From a virus, in the IMG/VR virus record IMGVR_UViG_3300034033_000050: DNA of 64,000 nucleotides. The stretch is one strand, 5' to 3'. The position numbers and the translations under genes were made by a program. The notes beneath the pieces were generated by a model. That model was given only the letters and a program-made list of their open reading frames with translations, was not told the origin of the DNA and did no database searches. Numbering within the stretch: the stretch's first letter is position 1; each line of letters opens with the position of its first letter. Shown here in pieces: positions 9,069-18,695 of this stretch.

Positions 9069-9602
9069 TTATTTTCCAAACCCTACTTGATTCGCTTTGC
9101 CTTCAATCCAATTATTCAAATAAGCAACCCACTGAATATAAGGATTACTCTGATTTGATTTCCGATTAAAAAACTCTTCTGCCAATGCGAAAGCAAATAG
9201 CATAACACCTGCAGCTCCTTTATTTTTAAATAGCTCGCTCACAGTTTCCTTGTTATTATCTACAAGGTAAATAATTACACGAGAATGAATATCAACTATC
9301 CCTCGCTTATAACTACACATAGCAGAGTCAATGGCATCTATAGAATTGCCAATTAAAAGCGCATCATCCATACTCCTATCATCCCAATAATCAAAACCCA
9401 GACAATCAGCACAAAATGTTCTGAATCTAGTTGTACTATAGTTATATAGCTGATTCATAACCAGAAGCCTGCCGACCTTTGGCCCTTCTTCAGAAAACCG
9501 CACCAACTCCTTAAACACCATGTTTTCATAATCCTTATCCTTTAAATAGCATTTTATAGCTGAAAAAACAGGACCAAGTTCATCAAATTTAAATTCATTC
9601 AT
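9069..9602 (-). CDS. hypothetical protein (177 aa)
   Basis: ORF with motif promoter at 9636 and GAGG RBS. Confidence 0.75.
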   Translation of the reverse strand: MNEFKFDELGPVFSAIKCYLKDKDYENMVFKELVRFSEEGPKVGRLLVMNQLYNYSTTRFRTFCADCLGFDYWDDRSMDDALLIGNSIDAIDSAMCSYKRGIVDIHSRVIIYLVDNNKETVSELFKNKGAAGVMLFAFALAEEFFNRKSNQSNPYIQWVAYLNNWIEGKANQVGFGK

Positions 9603-9883
9603 ACATTTAACACCTCTAATTAATCAATATAATGCATTATAGATTCGCTAAAAACCTCTGATACATGAGTTCAAGGACAGAATTCATCCAGATTAGCAGT
9701 TAAACAAGCTCAAACAATTCAACAACCAATTCTTTCATTTCCTCTAAAGACGTTGCCTGTCTTGTTTTAGCTTTCAAATCTTTAATTTTGTAAAATCATA
9801 GCTCGCATTTCAATTTAGATATCTTAGCTTGACGAAATTTTTCAAGCTTTAATGCCGAGCCATGGACTCCAAGACTATGTTTT

Positions 9884-10066
9884 TCATTCAATAGCTTTTG
9901 GAAACAACTCTTTTACCTTATCCATTCCACCTTCCTTTAGGGCATTTGATCTGGTAATAGCCCCAATACCATCAAGTGCATATAGTACAATGATATCTGA
10001 GATGCCATAGGTTTTAGAAATATGATTAATTGTTTTACTCGAAAGATTTTTCATTTTATTCCTCAA
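9884..10066 (-). CDS. hypothetical protein
   Basis: Intact ORF in array. Confidence 0.55.
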   Translation of the reverse strand: MRNKMKNLSSKTINHISKTYGISDIIVLYALDGIGAITRSNALKEGGMDKVKELFPKAIE

Positions 10067-10101
10067 AAGATATGCACCTACTTAATAGGTGATAAAAAAG
10101 A

Positions 10102-10311
10102 TTAGTGCTTAGTATTGCAAATTTCATCAGCACAAATAGTTAACTCTGCAAATCTATCTATCTTTGCTTCAAGTTGTTGAAGTCCCAGATCATCAATAAT
10201 GAAATCTTTTTTATACGCACCCAAGACATCATAAAGCTCCTCGTCCATGTTAGAATTTAAAATTTCAACTGCCTTGGCCATCGTGTTTAACTCTTCTTTA
10301 CTAAAATTCAT
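10102..10311 (-). CDS. hypothetical acidic protein (69 aa)
   Basis: Intact ORF with GAGA RBS. Confidence 0.65.
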   Translation of the reverse strand: MNFSKEELNTMAKAVEILNSNMDEELYDVLGAYKKDFIIDDLGLQQLEAKIDRFAELTICADEICNTKH

Positions 10312-10347
10312 ATTATTCTCTTATTTATTAATTGATTAACTATAACG

Positions 10348-10530
10348 CTACTCAAATTCTAATAACTCATCACATGAGCTAATAAAAAGCTCAAGTTCAT
10401 TATCGGGACTTTCGCCATCTTGGATCTCTTCACACATCAGCGTAAATAATTCATTCACTTCATTTGCCAAATCAGGATTTGTTTTGATAAAATCCTGTGC
10501 GTATGCTTTTGCTTGTTCTACTTGGTCCAT
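10348..10530 (-). CDS. very acidic small protein (60 aa)
   Basis: 17 D/E versus 2 K/R; TATAAT upstream at about 10556. Confidence 0.7.
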   Translation of the reverse strand: MDQVEQAKAYAQDFIKTNPDLANEVNELFTLMCEEIQDGESPDNELELFISSCDELLEFE

Positions 10531-10594
10531 TTGAAATCTCTGTAAATTAAAACTAATTATAGGTAATCTAAATTACCACCCAGTTACATGCCAG

Positions 10595-10846
10595 TTATGC
10601 ACTGGCAAGAACATCAATTAAATCCTCAAGACTAACATCATTATAAATAGAGTAATGATACCCGTCATGGTCAAGCAAAGTCAGTCTATCGTTTACTACA
10701 GTTAACTCAGCATAGTTATTAAGGTTTACTGCTATTGCTTTTGCATCAACGTGTTTTGATGTGGTTTTGCTTGCATCTACTTTTTCTCGCAAATCATGAA
10801 TTACTCTTTGTTCTAGGTTTCTGTATTGGTGCTTAAAATTTTCCAT
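10595..10846 (-). CDS. hypothetical protein (83 aa)
   Basis: Intact ORF in array. Confidence 0.65.
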   Translation of the reverse strand: MENFKHQYRNLEQRVIHDLREKVDASKTTSKHVDAKAIAVNLNNYAELTVVNDRLTLLDHDGYHYSIYNDVSLEDLIDVLASA

Positions 10847-10871
10847 AGGTTTACCCTGTTGTTATATTCAA

Positions 10872-11039
10872 TTAAGTTAAATCGTTAATATCTATGTATG
10901 CTTTGAAATTTCTTTTTGCTTCCGATAACGAAACGTAAGAATATTTTTTTGTTAAAACGCTCCCATCTTTAGCAACGTATTTGCACTTTATAAATGATTG
11001 CTTATCTACTGCATCTATTTCTGATAATTTAATTCCCAT
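10872..11039 (-). CDS. small hypothetical protein (55 aa, below track cutoff)
   Basis: Hand-translated MGIKLSEIDAVDKQSF...INDLT. Confidence 0.5.
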   Translation of the reverse strand: MGIKLSEIDAVDKQSFIKCKYVAKDGSVLTKKYSYVSLSEAKRNFKAYIDINDLT

Positions 11040-11162
11040 TTTAACGCCCTTTAATCTGCCAATAAAAAGTATATAACATTAAACAAGCCATACCTGATCT
11101 TCGTTCAGTACATTACCAAACCGTTATATTTTGAATTATAGATAGGCTCAAAAAGAATCAGG

Positions 11163-11899
11163 TTAGGCAGCATCAAGCTCACATAACTGCCCGCCTTTCA
11201 ATATGTATTGCATATCGTCAAAGTCTTCCCATTCTGTATAACAGTGGCACCCACTTTCATAGGAATGTTCTAAGCTCTTATATCCTGCTAATTTAGCCTG
11301 TTCTAGCGCATCGGACTCGCTGATTCATATTATAATTTGGTGGTTATTACCCTTTTAAGGTACATCTCTCCATCATCAATAACAAAGCCTGCATTGATGC
11401 CTGTGCCCGTTATATCGCACTTTCTAGCAAACAATAGGTTTGTTTCTGTAAGGATTCTATTTTTTATGTTTGAAATCTCAAGTCTTAATGCCTCACTCAC
11501 ATCTTCAAGTCCACCACCGAGTTCTATATTCAAGCGAGTATTGGTCTTCATAGACTCTTCTTTAAGTTTTAAATCAGTCATTAGCTCGTTGTACAAACTC
11601 ATATCATTTCCTATCATTTTACTGACCAACTCAAACATTTCATTAACAAGATTTTCAACTCCATCTATGCTCTCAAGGCTTCTTAAACTAAAGTCTTGTC
11701 TTTGCTCATCATCAACATAAATAAATCCAATATAGTATTCATCAGAAGTTGGAGACCTATCTATCACAAGACGTTTACCACCAAACAAACCAGATGCATA
11801 AAAACCCTTTGATGCACCTACATGCATTTGCTTAAGCGAGCTGTTTATTAAATCCTTTAATTGCTTATCAGCCTTTTCTCTAATTGGAAGCATGAACAT
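11163..11899 (-). pseudogene. gene interrupted by a 32-nt insertion; paralog of 35262-35879
   Basis: Shared LFARKCxxTGxGxNxGFVI; the downstream frame (ESDAL...YTEWEDFDDMQYILKGG) matches the paralog (EKDAL...FTEWNDFDDMEYILFGG); removing 11320-11351 restores 235 codons. Confidence 0.75.
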
Positions 11900-11996
11900 A
11901 TATCACCTGTGTTGTTTGATTTATTAAGAATAATTATATATAGACGAAAAAAAAGGGGCAGGGCGCAATTGCCATACCCATAATGAAATATTATTT

Positions 11997-12167
11997 TCAG
12001 CCGCCCGCCCCATCTAAAAATATGTCGCAACAATCAGGCGAGTGCCTATCAGTGGTTACGACAGTAATAGAACAATCAATTGCACAGTTATCTGCTGATG
12101 TCACATAGACTTTTGCATCTTGATTAGGTTGTTTCTTAAGTTCTTCAATTAGTTCTCTAATAGTCAT
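11997..12167 (-). CDS. small hypothetical protein (56 aa)
   Basis: Hand-translated MTIRELIEELKK...; motif promoter at 12198. Confidence 0.6.
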   Translation of the reverse strand: MTIRELIEELKKQPNQDAKVYVTSADNCAIDCSITVVTTDRHSPDCCDIFLDGAGG

Positions 12168-12381
12168 TACATTTACTCTCTGATAGTTATATATTCAATT
12201 ATAAAGATGCTCAAACACCACCCAAAAAAAACCCCGCCTTACAAAGTAGGGCAGGGCATTAATTAAGTTATGATTTAGGTTATGAAACTATTCACAATCG
12301 CAGCACCATCCATATCACACGCATTGCTGCAATAACTCCTGTGCATTTGCTAGTTTTATTTTTGTCTCATCTGACAAACCA

Positions 12382-12765
12382 TCAATCAACTAACAGAGTA
12401 TCTCCCTGAATTTTACATTCAAGCAAACTAAAAACAAAATGCGCCATACCATCAAAGGATATAATCGCATCGTGATCGCAGTATTTAACGGCAATTGTTT
12501 CTTGTTCGTGTACGTAGCAATTAATTGCCAAAATTAAGCCGATCTTATCAAAAGATTTTAAATCATCGCGTTTCAAATTAGGAATAACTTCAAGTTCATT
12601 ATCATCAAACCATTGATTTATAGCACTTTCATCCATGGCAAGAAAACCATCAGGTAAACCGCCTTTGAAATAAGGACACAAAACAGATCGTAAAAAAACC
12701 AGTTGCGTTGAATCAGCAAAAGTAATTTCACCAATATTAAATTCTTTAGAAAATGGATTAGACAT
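12382..12765 (-). CDS. hypothetical protein, paralog of 25205-25594
   Basis: Shared YFxGGLP, IPNL, AINxYVH, DGMAxFVFxLLE; motif promoter at 12795. Confidence 0.8.
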   Translation of the reverse strand: MSNPFSKEFNIGEITFADSTQLVFLRSVLCPYFKGGLPDGFLAMDESAINQWFDDNELEVIPNLKRDDLKSFDKIGLILAINCYVHEQETIAVKYCDHDAIISFDGMAHFVFSLLECKIQGDTLLVD

Positions 12766-12909
12766 AATAGACCTCTATATTATTTGTATAAAACATTATA
12801 ACTATGCTCTAAAATAGCACTACCAAGGAGAAATCACATAGCCTAAGTTACGCACTGGCAACAACCCCAGTAAAATACAGATTGAACGCCACTCAATCCC
12901 AGACCCCGC

Positions 12910-13284
12910 CTAGAACTTCTCACCATCAAACATAATAGACCGATTACCACAATCACTAGCTGTAATTTCATCAGGCATCTGCAAACCAGCTTTTTCTATT
13001 TCTTTCTTTAACGAAAAGTACTCCAGATAGATTCCAGAGCGATATAAGACCCTTGCAGCTAACAAACAAGACAATGATGGCACCTTGGCCATGAAGTAGA
13101 ACAACGCTGCTTTCTTAGCTGCTAACAGCCCACTCAGGTTGTTGCTGTAATTACCATGATGGGCATATGGATAGGTTTTATCTAATGGATTATTATCCTT
13201 TAATACAATACCATCACTATTGGTGCAAACTTTGATTTCAAAACCAAGATAGGTTTGAGATTTGATTTCATCATTCTTATTCAA
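12910..13284 (-). CDS. hypothetical protein (possibly truncated by a nonsense TAG)
   Basis: Frame stays open for 29 more codons after the TAG (to 12820). Confidence 0.65.
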   Translation of the reverse strand: MNKNDEIKSQTYLGFEIKVCTNSDGIVLKDNNPLDKTYPYAHHGNYSNNLSGLLAAKKAALFYFMAKVPSLSCLLAARVLYRSGIYLEYFSLKKEIEKAGLQMPDEITASDCGNRSIMFDGEKF

Positions 13285-13338
13285 TTTAATTCTCCAATAC
13301 TGTTAATTATCATATAATAGCTCTGCGAGAAAACCTGC

Positions 13339-13695
13339 TTACTTATGCCAATATAATCCCATACCGAAAAATATACTTGCTTCATTGGCATCATAAAAAT
13401 CCGCAACACACACATCAAGACCATCATTAACTCGCTTATACATGCCAATATAGTCCACAACATCTGTTTCTAACGCTTGGCCACAATCAAGACCATCATC
13501 TTTAATCGCTCGAAGAGAATAGGGCGAACCTTTTTTAGCCGCACAATCATTGAGTATTTCAATACATTTAAAAAATTTCTTATTCACTAAAACAGGGGTA
13601 TAAATGTCTTTAATTTCTGCTATTGCATCCCGCAATTCAACTTTACTTAAGTTGTGCTTAACAATTCCTTCAGATGCTGGCGCAAAACCACTCAA
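13339..13695 (-). CDS. hypothetical protein (118 aa)
   Basis: Intact ORF in array. Confidence 0.6.
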   Translation of the reverse strand: MSGFAPASEGIVKHNLSKVELRDAIAEIKDIYTPVLVNKKFFKCIEILNDCAAKKGSPYSLRAIKDDGLDCGQALETDVVDYIGMYKRVNDGLDVCVADFYDANEASIFFGMGLYWHK

Positions 13696-13848
13696 GCTTT
13701 ACATCCATCGATTGCACGGATTAATGCAAGCACTGGCACAATAGGTCAATTCAGTCTTAATACAGCCAGCACCTATGCTGATTACATTTTTATAATTTTT
13801 CATAATATATGCTCTTGTTTTAATATATTCGCATTTTAGCTAGACGAG

Positions 13849-13882
13849 AAAAAACCACTGATCTGTAAAAATCAGTGGTTTA
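13849..13882 (-). terminator. intrinsic terminator of nrdJ
   Basis: AAACCACTGAT/ATCAGTGGTTT stem with T-run on the minus strand. Confidence 0.75.
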
Positions 13883-13896
13883 ATTTTAGTAGCTAA

Positions 13897-15846
13897 TCAA
13901 ATCTCGCAAGAGTCATTTGAACAGAATCGGCTCTCATAACCATCAGAACCAGTAAAAGAACTCCAATCAATATGACCCAATGCTTTTTTGCGCTTGTCAT
14001 ACTCTGCTTTATCGATTCGTGAATATGGCATTTGAGGATATTCGCCCTCATCGCTATGGGGCAACATGCTTACTGACTTAATTAAAGGTGCGAACTGAGC
14101 CAACATTCTTTCAACTTGCGGTCCTTCTTTTACCTTATCGAAGTAAACAGTACATGACACCATATTATCTGACCATTCTCTTTGAAGCTGTGCAAGTAAT
14201 GCAAACTGCTCCCAAGCACTGACATCCGAAGCCTGTCGAGTATCACCTTGATCAATAGGAAACTCAAATACTTGAGTATTAGTACTAACAACATCAGGCT
14301 CATTTGGAACCCCTGCATCCATAAGGACTTTACAAATCGGACTGTTTTGTGCAACTCGCATGCGTCTAATGGCATATTTAAAAGTCGGATAATGAAGCCC
14401 CGAAGAATTTCCTGAAAGCAAACTAATCGTGCCTGAAGGTTTAACTGTAGTTACTCTAATCGAGGCAGGCACACCAGCCTCAGCAGCTAATTGTGCATTT
14501 ATACGTCTAACCAACTTATAACCCTTTCTTAATCTTTTGGTTAACTCAGCTGCGCTTATAGTGACAAGATAATCAGCAATGCCCGACAAGCTTACGCCAA
14601 TCCGTCTGTTTCTAGCAATAACAGCATTAGTTTCTGCCCTATGACATGGTAACAAAGCAACAGTTGATGAATAATAGGTTGCAAACTCGATTGCCTTATA
14701 AAATATTTCCTCAGATTCACATCTTGTAGGAAAAACCTCAGCCAAATTACACAACTCCTTGTTCTCCAGACCAATCTCACCACACGGATTACATAAAGTA
14801 GCCTTATCAGGCATTTCCTGACCATAACGGCCATATTTTTGCATATTGATTAAATTGCAAATTCCAGGCTCACCATTATCAACAATCCTTTTAGCTATTT
14901 TATCCAATCCTTCAAAATGTTCTGGTTTAGATAAAATGGCGGTATTATTACTAGTCCAGCCATAATTCATCCTCTCAGGATTGATTTCATAGTTTTTTAA
15001 ATTTAGGAAAGTTTCATCATCTGGACTGCCCAAACATATTTCTGCGCTTCTTCGTACCCCGCCAGAAATGATCATTACACCAACTTTATTACAGATATCT
15101 GCAGTAGTTCTAGATGCATCATATTTGCCCGTGCTGTAATCATCTAATGATTTTTCAATAGAAATATGGCAGTCAATCAATGGCTGAGGCCCACTCGCAA
15201 TTCCACCAAATCCCTTAATAGGAGCACCATAGGGCCTTATTGCAGAATAATCAAATTTATACCAGTCACCATGCTTTGTATAGCTCTCAATTAGCAACCT
15301 TACACTCTCAACCCAACCCTCTCTAGAATCAGGAATAACAAAGTCAATAGGCTTAGTTTTATCAACAGGATTAACCTCGCCTCGCCACGCTAAATTGAAT
15401 CCTACACCGACCCCACACATAAGTCCATCGCACAACCAATCTACTGCATCACTCAAGTCAGTAGTATCTACAGCCCCACAATTATTAAGAGCCATACTGC
15501 CTTTTTTATAAACCATCTCGGTACCCATGGAATATAATCCGCGACCTGGTGGCAAGAACTCCATCCTAAACATTGAGGTTGCAAGTGCGCGAGCAAATGA
15601 TTGCTTTTCACTATCAACAAATCCCAAGCCATTATTAAGATAATGATTTTTACGAATGGACATAACACCTTCGACAACTCTAATTATGGTATCTGCCCAA
15701 CATTCCTGACCACCATCACTCCTTAAGCGGCTGTAGGTTCTATAATAAGTTGCCTCTCCAAAACCATCAAACCCAAATTTTACTTTTAGGCTATGCAAAT
15801 ATTCTTTTGTCTCATCTGACAATTTAAATCTGTGTTTAACTAACAT
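13897..15846 (-). CDS. nrdJ: class II (AdoCbl-dependent) ribonucleotide reductase, monomeric RTPR-like
   Basis: GGVRRSA, NPCGEI, CNLAE, TTVKPSGT motifs and C-terminal FCSNDSC cysteine pair. Confidence 0.9.
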   Translation of the reverse strand: MLVKHRFKLSDETKEYLHSLKVKFGFDGFGEATYYRTYSRLRSDGGQECWADTIIRVVEGVMSIRKNHYLNNGLGFVDSEKQSFARALATSMFRMEFLPPGRGLYSMGTEMVYKKGSMALNNCGAVDTTDLSDAVDWLCDGLMCGVGVGFNLAWRGEVNPVDKTKPIDFVIPDSREGWVESVRLLIESYTKHGDWYKFDYSAIRPYGAPIKGFGGIASGPQPLIDCHISIEKSLDDYSTGKYDASRTTADICNKVGVMIISGGVRRSAEICLGSPDDETFLNLKNYEINPERMNYGWTSNNTAILSKPEHFEGLDKIAKRIVDNGEPGICNLINMQKYGRYGQEMPDKATLCNPCGEIGLENKELCNLAEVFPTRCESEEIFYKAIEFATYYSSTVALLPCHRAETNAVIARNRRIGVSLSGIADYLVTISAAELTKRLRKGYKLVRRINAQLAAEAGVPASIRVTTVKPSGTISLLSGNSSGLHYPTFKYAIRRMRVAQNSPICKVLMDAGVPNEPDVVSTNTQVFEFPIDQGDTRQASDVSAWEQFALLAQLQREWSDNMVSCTVYFDKVKEGPQVERMLAQFAPLIKSVSMLPHSDEGEYPQMPYSRIDKAEYDKRKKALGHIDWSSFTGSDGYESRFCSNDSCEI

Positions 15847-15910
15847 AATTATTTCCTCTAAATTAACAATCCATCATAAACCAACTACAAATTCACAGTA
15901 ATGAGCCCGA

Positions 15911-16348
15911 CTACAAACGCTCAATACAGCTCAAGCCATCGCTTTCACTCTTTAACCACGAATAAATCCCACCCCATTCATTAGCCCTCACTTTAAATAA
16001 TTCTAAGTAACCATCTGAACTACACCTCTCAATATGCACCGCCCACCTACTTTTGCTTACCACACCATAAAACATCACCTCATCATCCTTGTGGGCCCGA
16101 TATACAAACCCACAAAGCTTCATGGCAACTGACACCATAGCTTTACCTTGTTTAAAATCATTCTTAAGTAAGTAATCAGACACGAATTTCAATCTATCGA
16201 CAAAATCCAACTCCATAAACACAGCATTAAACGATTCATCGCCGCCATGTTCAAAGGTATGAACCAAATCAGAATAAAAATCTATTGGGAACTCAAAGCC
16301 ACCCGATTCAACTCTGTTTTTGACATCCAAGGTACTCACGCCGCGCAC
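15911..16348 (-). CDS. hypothetical protein
   Basis: Intact ORF in array. Confidence 0.65.
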   Translation of the reverse strand: MRGVSTLDVKNRVESGGFEFPIDFYSDLVHTFEHGGDESFNAVFMELDFVDRLKFVSDYLLKNDFKQGKAMVSVAMKLCGFVYRAHKDDEVMFYGVVSKSRWAVHIERCSSDGYLELFKVRANEWGGIYSWLKSESDGLSCIERL

Positions 16349-16635
16349 CTGTCAACATAAGTACTAGAATGAACACTTGGAGTGAATGATTTGGTCAAAT
16401 AATTCGCTTGTTCTAGCTCGCTCAATTCGTCTTCAGGAATGATCTGATAATCATAAACATCATCACTACTGAAAGTGAATCTTTTGGTGCCGTCACCGTT
16501 TTCGATATATTCATATTCATTTATATCGGCTATTAAATCATTTCTGACATAGTGCGGTCCGTTATACATAGGCAAACGCATGATTTCGTTTGAAGGGGAG
16601 AGAACATAAAAAGCACTAGCCATAACAATCACCAA
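16336..16635 (-). CDS. hypothetical acidic protein
   Basis: ORF with motif promoter at 16653. Confidence 0.7.
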   Translation of the reverse strand: MVIVMASAFYVLSPSNEIMRLPMYNGPHYVRNDLIADINEYEYIENGDGTKRFTFSSDDVYDYQIIPEDELSELEQANYLTKSFTPSVHSSTYVDRCAA

Positions 16636-16677
16636 ATTTAATAAGATGAAATATTATAGCTTTGCTCAGATTTGAGT

Positions 16678-17595
16678 TTATGCACCAACCAAAACAGGCG
16701 GAAGCCATTTATATATGAATTTACGTGGAATTTGCGTTTCGGTTTTTGAACCAGTCCAATATCCATGCCAATGAGCTTTGCGCACATGTGCTCTTTTTGT
16801 ATGGGGTAAGGAATGTTTAGTCCCTGTACCGAGATTATTTTTAATTATTTGACCGATACCATCCCCAACATTATAGACAATAGGTTTTGGTGCTGGGAAA
16901 AATCTAAGACCTTTTTTGGTCTTTTTAGCAGCTGGCACCGATGGCTGTAAAGGCCCATAATCAGGCTCTTCACTGCACAAATACAGCACAAGATTCACCA
17001 ACTGATTAATATCATGCGAGGATTGTTCTATGAAAGAAGAGGGCGCCTTGAAGGTTCCTTGGCTATTTTTAGATGCAATTCTAGAATATTTTTCAATGGC
17101 TTCAGTTATTGTCCAATCACCCAAATGAATAACAGCAGTTGTTAGGGCGTCATAACTACCATCATCAATTAGAAAACGCAGCTCTATGCTGCCATTGTTC
17201 ATATCTTGTTCGATGAAGACAAAAAAACCAACAGCCTCTCGATTTAGGTAATTGAACTCGTGGGGGATATAGCAGCACCAATGCGGCAATCTGGTTAAAA
17301 CATCACAGGGTAAGGCACCAGAAAAAGGGGTTTTAATCAATTCATTTTTAAGAATATCATCAAATTTGAATATGCCTTGAGTCATGCGCCAAGAGCCCAG
17401 GCCTGCAAGTTTACCTGCTTCACCAATATCATCAAGTGTTGGATTATTTCCGCCACTAGCAATAGCAATCCAACCAGCAATTGGCAAAAAACAAAAGGGT
17501 TCCCAGTGCGGCATATCTGGATCACAGCGAAAACCTTCTGCTTGTTTCCAAGCATCAGGAAACCTCTTTTTTGCCTGTACTATGTATTCAATCAT
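16678..17595 (-). CDS. acrVA2: AcrVA2/FinQ-family protein
   Basis: WRMTQGIFKFD, LPHWCCYI, LVLYLCSEEPD and PHTKRAHVRKAHWHGYWTG match AcrVA2 as recalled (WRNTLGIYQLD, LPDWCVYV, YLLWLCVAEPD, PHTKRPHIRRGHWHGYWQG). Confidence 0.75.
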   Translation of the reverse strand: MIEYIVQAKKRFPDAWKQAEGFRCDPDMPHWEPFCFLPIAGWIAIASGGNNPTLDDIGEAGKLAGLGSWRMTQGIFKFDDILKNELIKTPFSGALPCDVLTRLPHWCCYIPHEFNYLNREAVGFFVFIEQDMNNGSIELRFLIDDGSYDALTTAVIHLGDWTITEAIEKYSRIASKNSQGTFKAPSSFIEQSSHDINQLVNLVLYLCSEEPDYGPLQPSVPAAKKTKKGLRFFPAPKPIVYNVGDGIGQIIKNNLGTGTKHSLPHTKRAHVRKAHWHGYWTGSKTETQIPRKFIYKWLPPVLVGA

Positions 17596-17599
17596 CTGA

Positions 17600-18067
17600 T
17601 TAATTTAAAAATAAACTATTATTAACCAGAGCTCTTTTATTATCAAGCCTTTGCGCTGCAGTAATAAGCCCACTTGATGAAATTGATTTCAGTTTCATTT
17701 CATTTCTATTACGTACAACAATCCTATCAATATGCTTATTGATGTAGCCAGTCATGTCAATTGATTGTATATCACTAACATAGCAAGCAGATTTGTCTTC
17801 CAACGGATAACCAGCCTTTTCAAAATTAACATGCATTGGTACAAATCCCGGTGGTAAAACCTGCATGCAGTCATGCCCAGAATCATCCCAATGAATATTA
17901 GTTATGGGCTTTAAGGCATTTTCTACTTCCGTTTCGGAATTAAAAAAACCAATACGTTCATCCAAACACAACACCCATTTACTTGTATCATTGGCAGTTC
18001 TAAATGCCTGACAATGTTTATTTGTTAAACTCTTACTGTCACAGCCATTGTTTATTATTTTCATCAC
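17600..18067 (-). CDS. hypothetical protein (155 aa)
   Basis: Intact ORF directly upstream of the AcrVA2-like gene in the same operon. Confidence 0.65.
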   Translation of the reverse strand: MMKIINNGCDSKSLTNKHCQAFRTANDTSKWVLCLDERIGFFNSETEVENALKPITNIHWDDSGHDCMQVLPPGFVPMHVNFEKAGYPLEDKSACYVSDIQSIDMTGYINKHIDRIVVRNRNEMKLKSISSSGLITAAQRLDNKRALVNNSLFLN

Positions 18068-18073
18068 CGCCTC

Positions 18074-18286
18074 CTAATGCATAGTTACACTTGAGCGTTC
18101 AATGATCTGAACACCTGACAAATGAGGATTAACCAAATTCTTTTTCTGCAATCGACACTGGCCTTTATTCTCTCCCTTGTACTCACTGTAACCAACAAAA
18201 TCAGTCACAGTTTCGCCAGTAACCACCATCACCATTTTATTTGATAGCAGTCGCGTGCCAATCGTTATTTCATTTTCAATGTTCAT
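18074..18286 (-). CDS. hypothetical protein (70 aa)
   Basis: Start overlaps the upstream stop codon. Confidence 0.65.
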   Translation of the reverse strand: MNIENEITIGTRLLSNKMVMVVTGETVTDFVGYSEYKGENKGQCRLQKKNLVNPHLSGVQIIERSSVTMH

Positions 18287-18492
18287 TATTTACCTCTAAT
18301 CCCATTACGTCTCTGATTATACGATGACGAAAATCCCCTGGGCACAGGCACTGACCTTGATAACGATTTTACGCCCTTGCTAACACCAAATAACTTAACA
18401 GGTTTACACAACTTAACCAATTCACTAAAATCATACCTGTAATTATAAATATAAGCAGTAGACATCAAACCAATACAAATAGAATTCCTCAT
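18286..18492 (-). CDS. hypothetical protein (68 aa)
   Basis: Motif promoter at 18523, GAGG RBS. Confidence 0.65.
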   Translation of the reverse strand: MRNSICIGLMSTAYIYNYRYDFSELVKLCKPVKLFGVSKGVKSLSRSVPVPRGFSSSYNQRRNGIRGK

Positions 18493-18695
18493 TGCAAAAC
18501 CTCAATTTCATCATAAAAACCCATTATAGGTGTGCTAAATATTTAGTTAATTGAAACATTAATTTCAGACAAATGCTTATCAAGATTGGCAGACTCTTTT
18601 TTAAGTTCTTTATTTGTTGTAGAGCTACAATCAGTGAGTATTTTTGTAAACTCTCTAACATTACAAATAAATCCAACAATTTAATGTGGCTAAAA

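Noticed and set aside
12820-12912. Open frame continuing 29 codons past a TAG, suggesting stop-codon reassignment
   Set aside because: Other genes end at TAG (6299, 10348, 15911), one of them (6299) directly before a terminator; a single nonsense mutation or chance is more likely
13111-13140. Minus-strand ...AGCAGCTAAGAAA resembling the 3' end of an I-F repeat
   Set aside because: Lies in-frame in a CDS (LLAAKKA) and cannot form the 5-bp stem with a pentaloop
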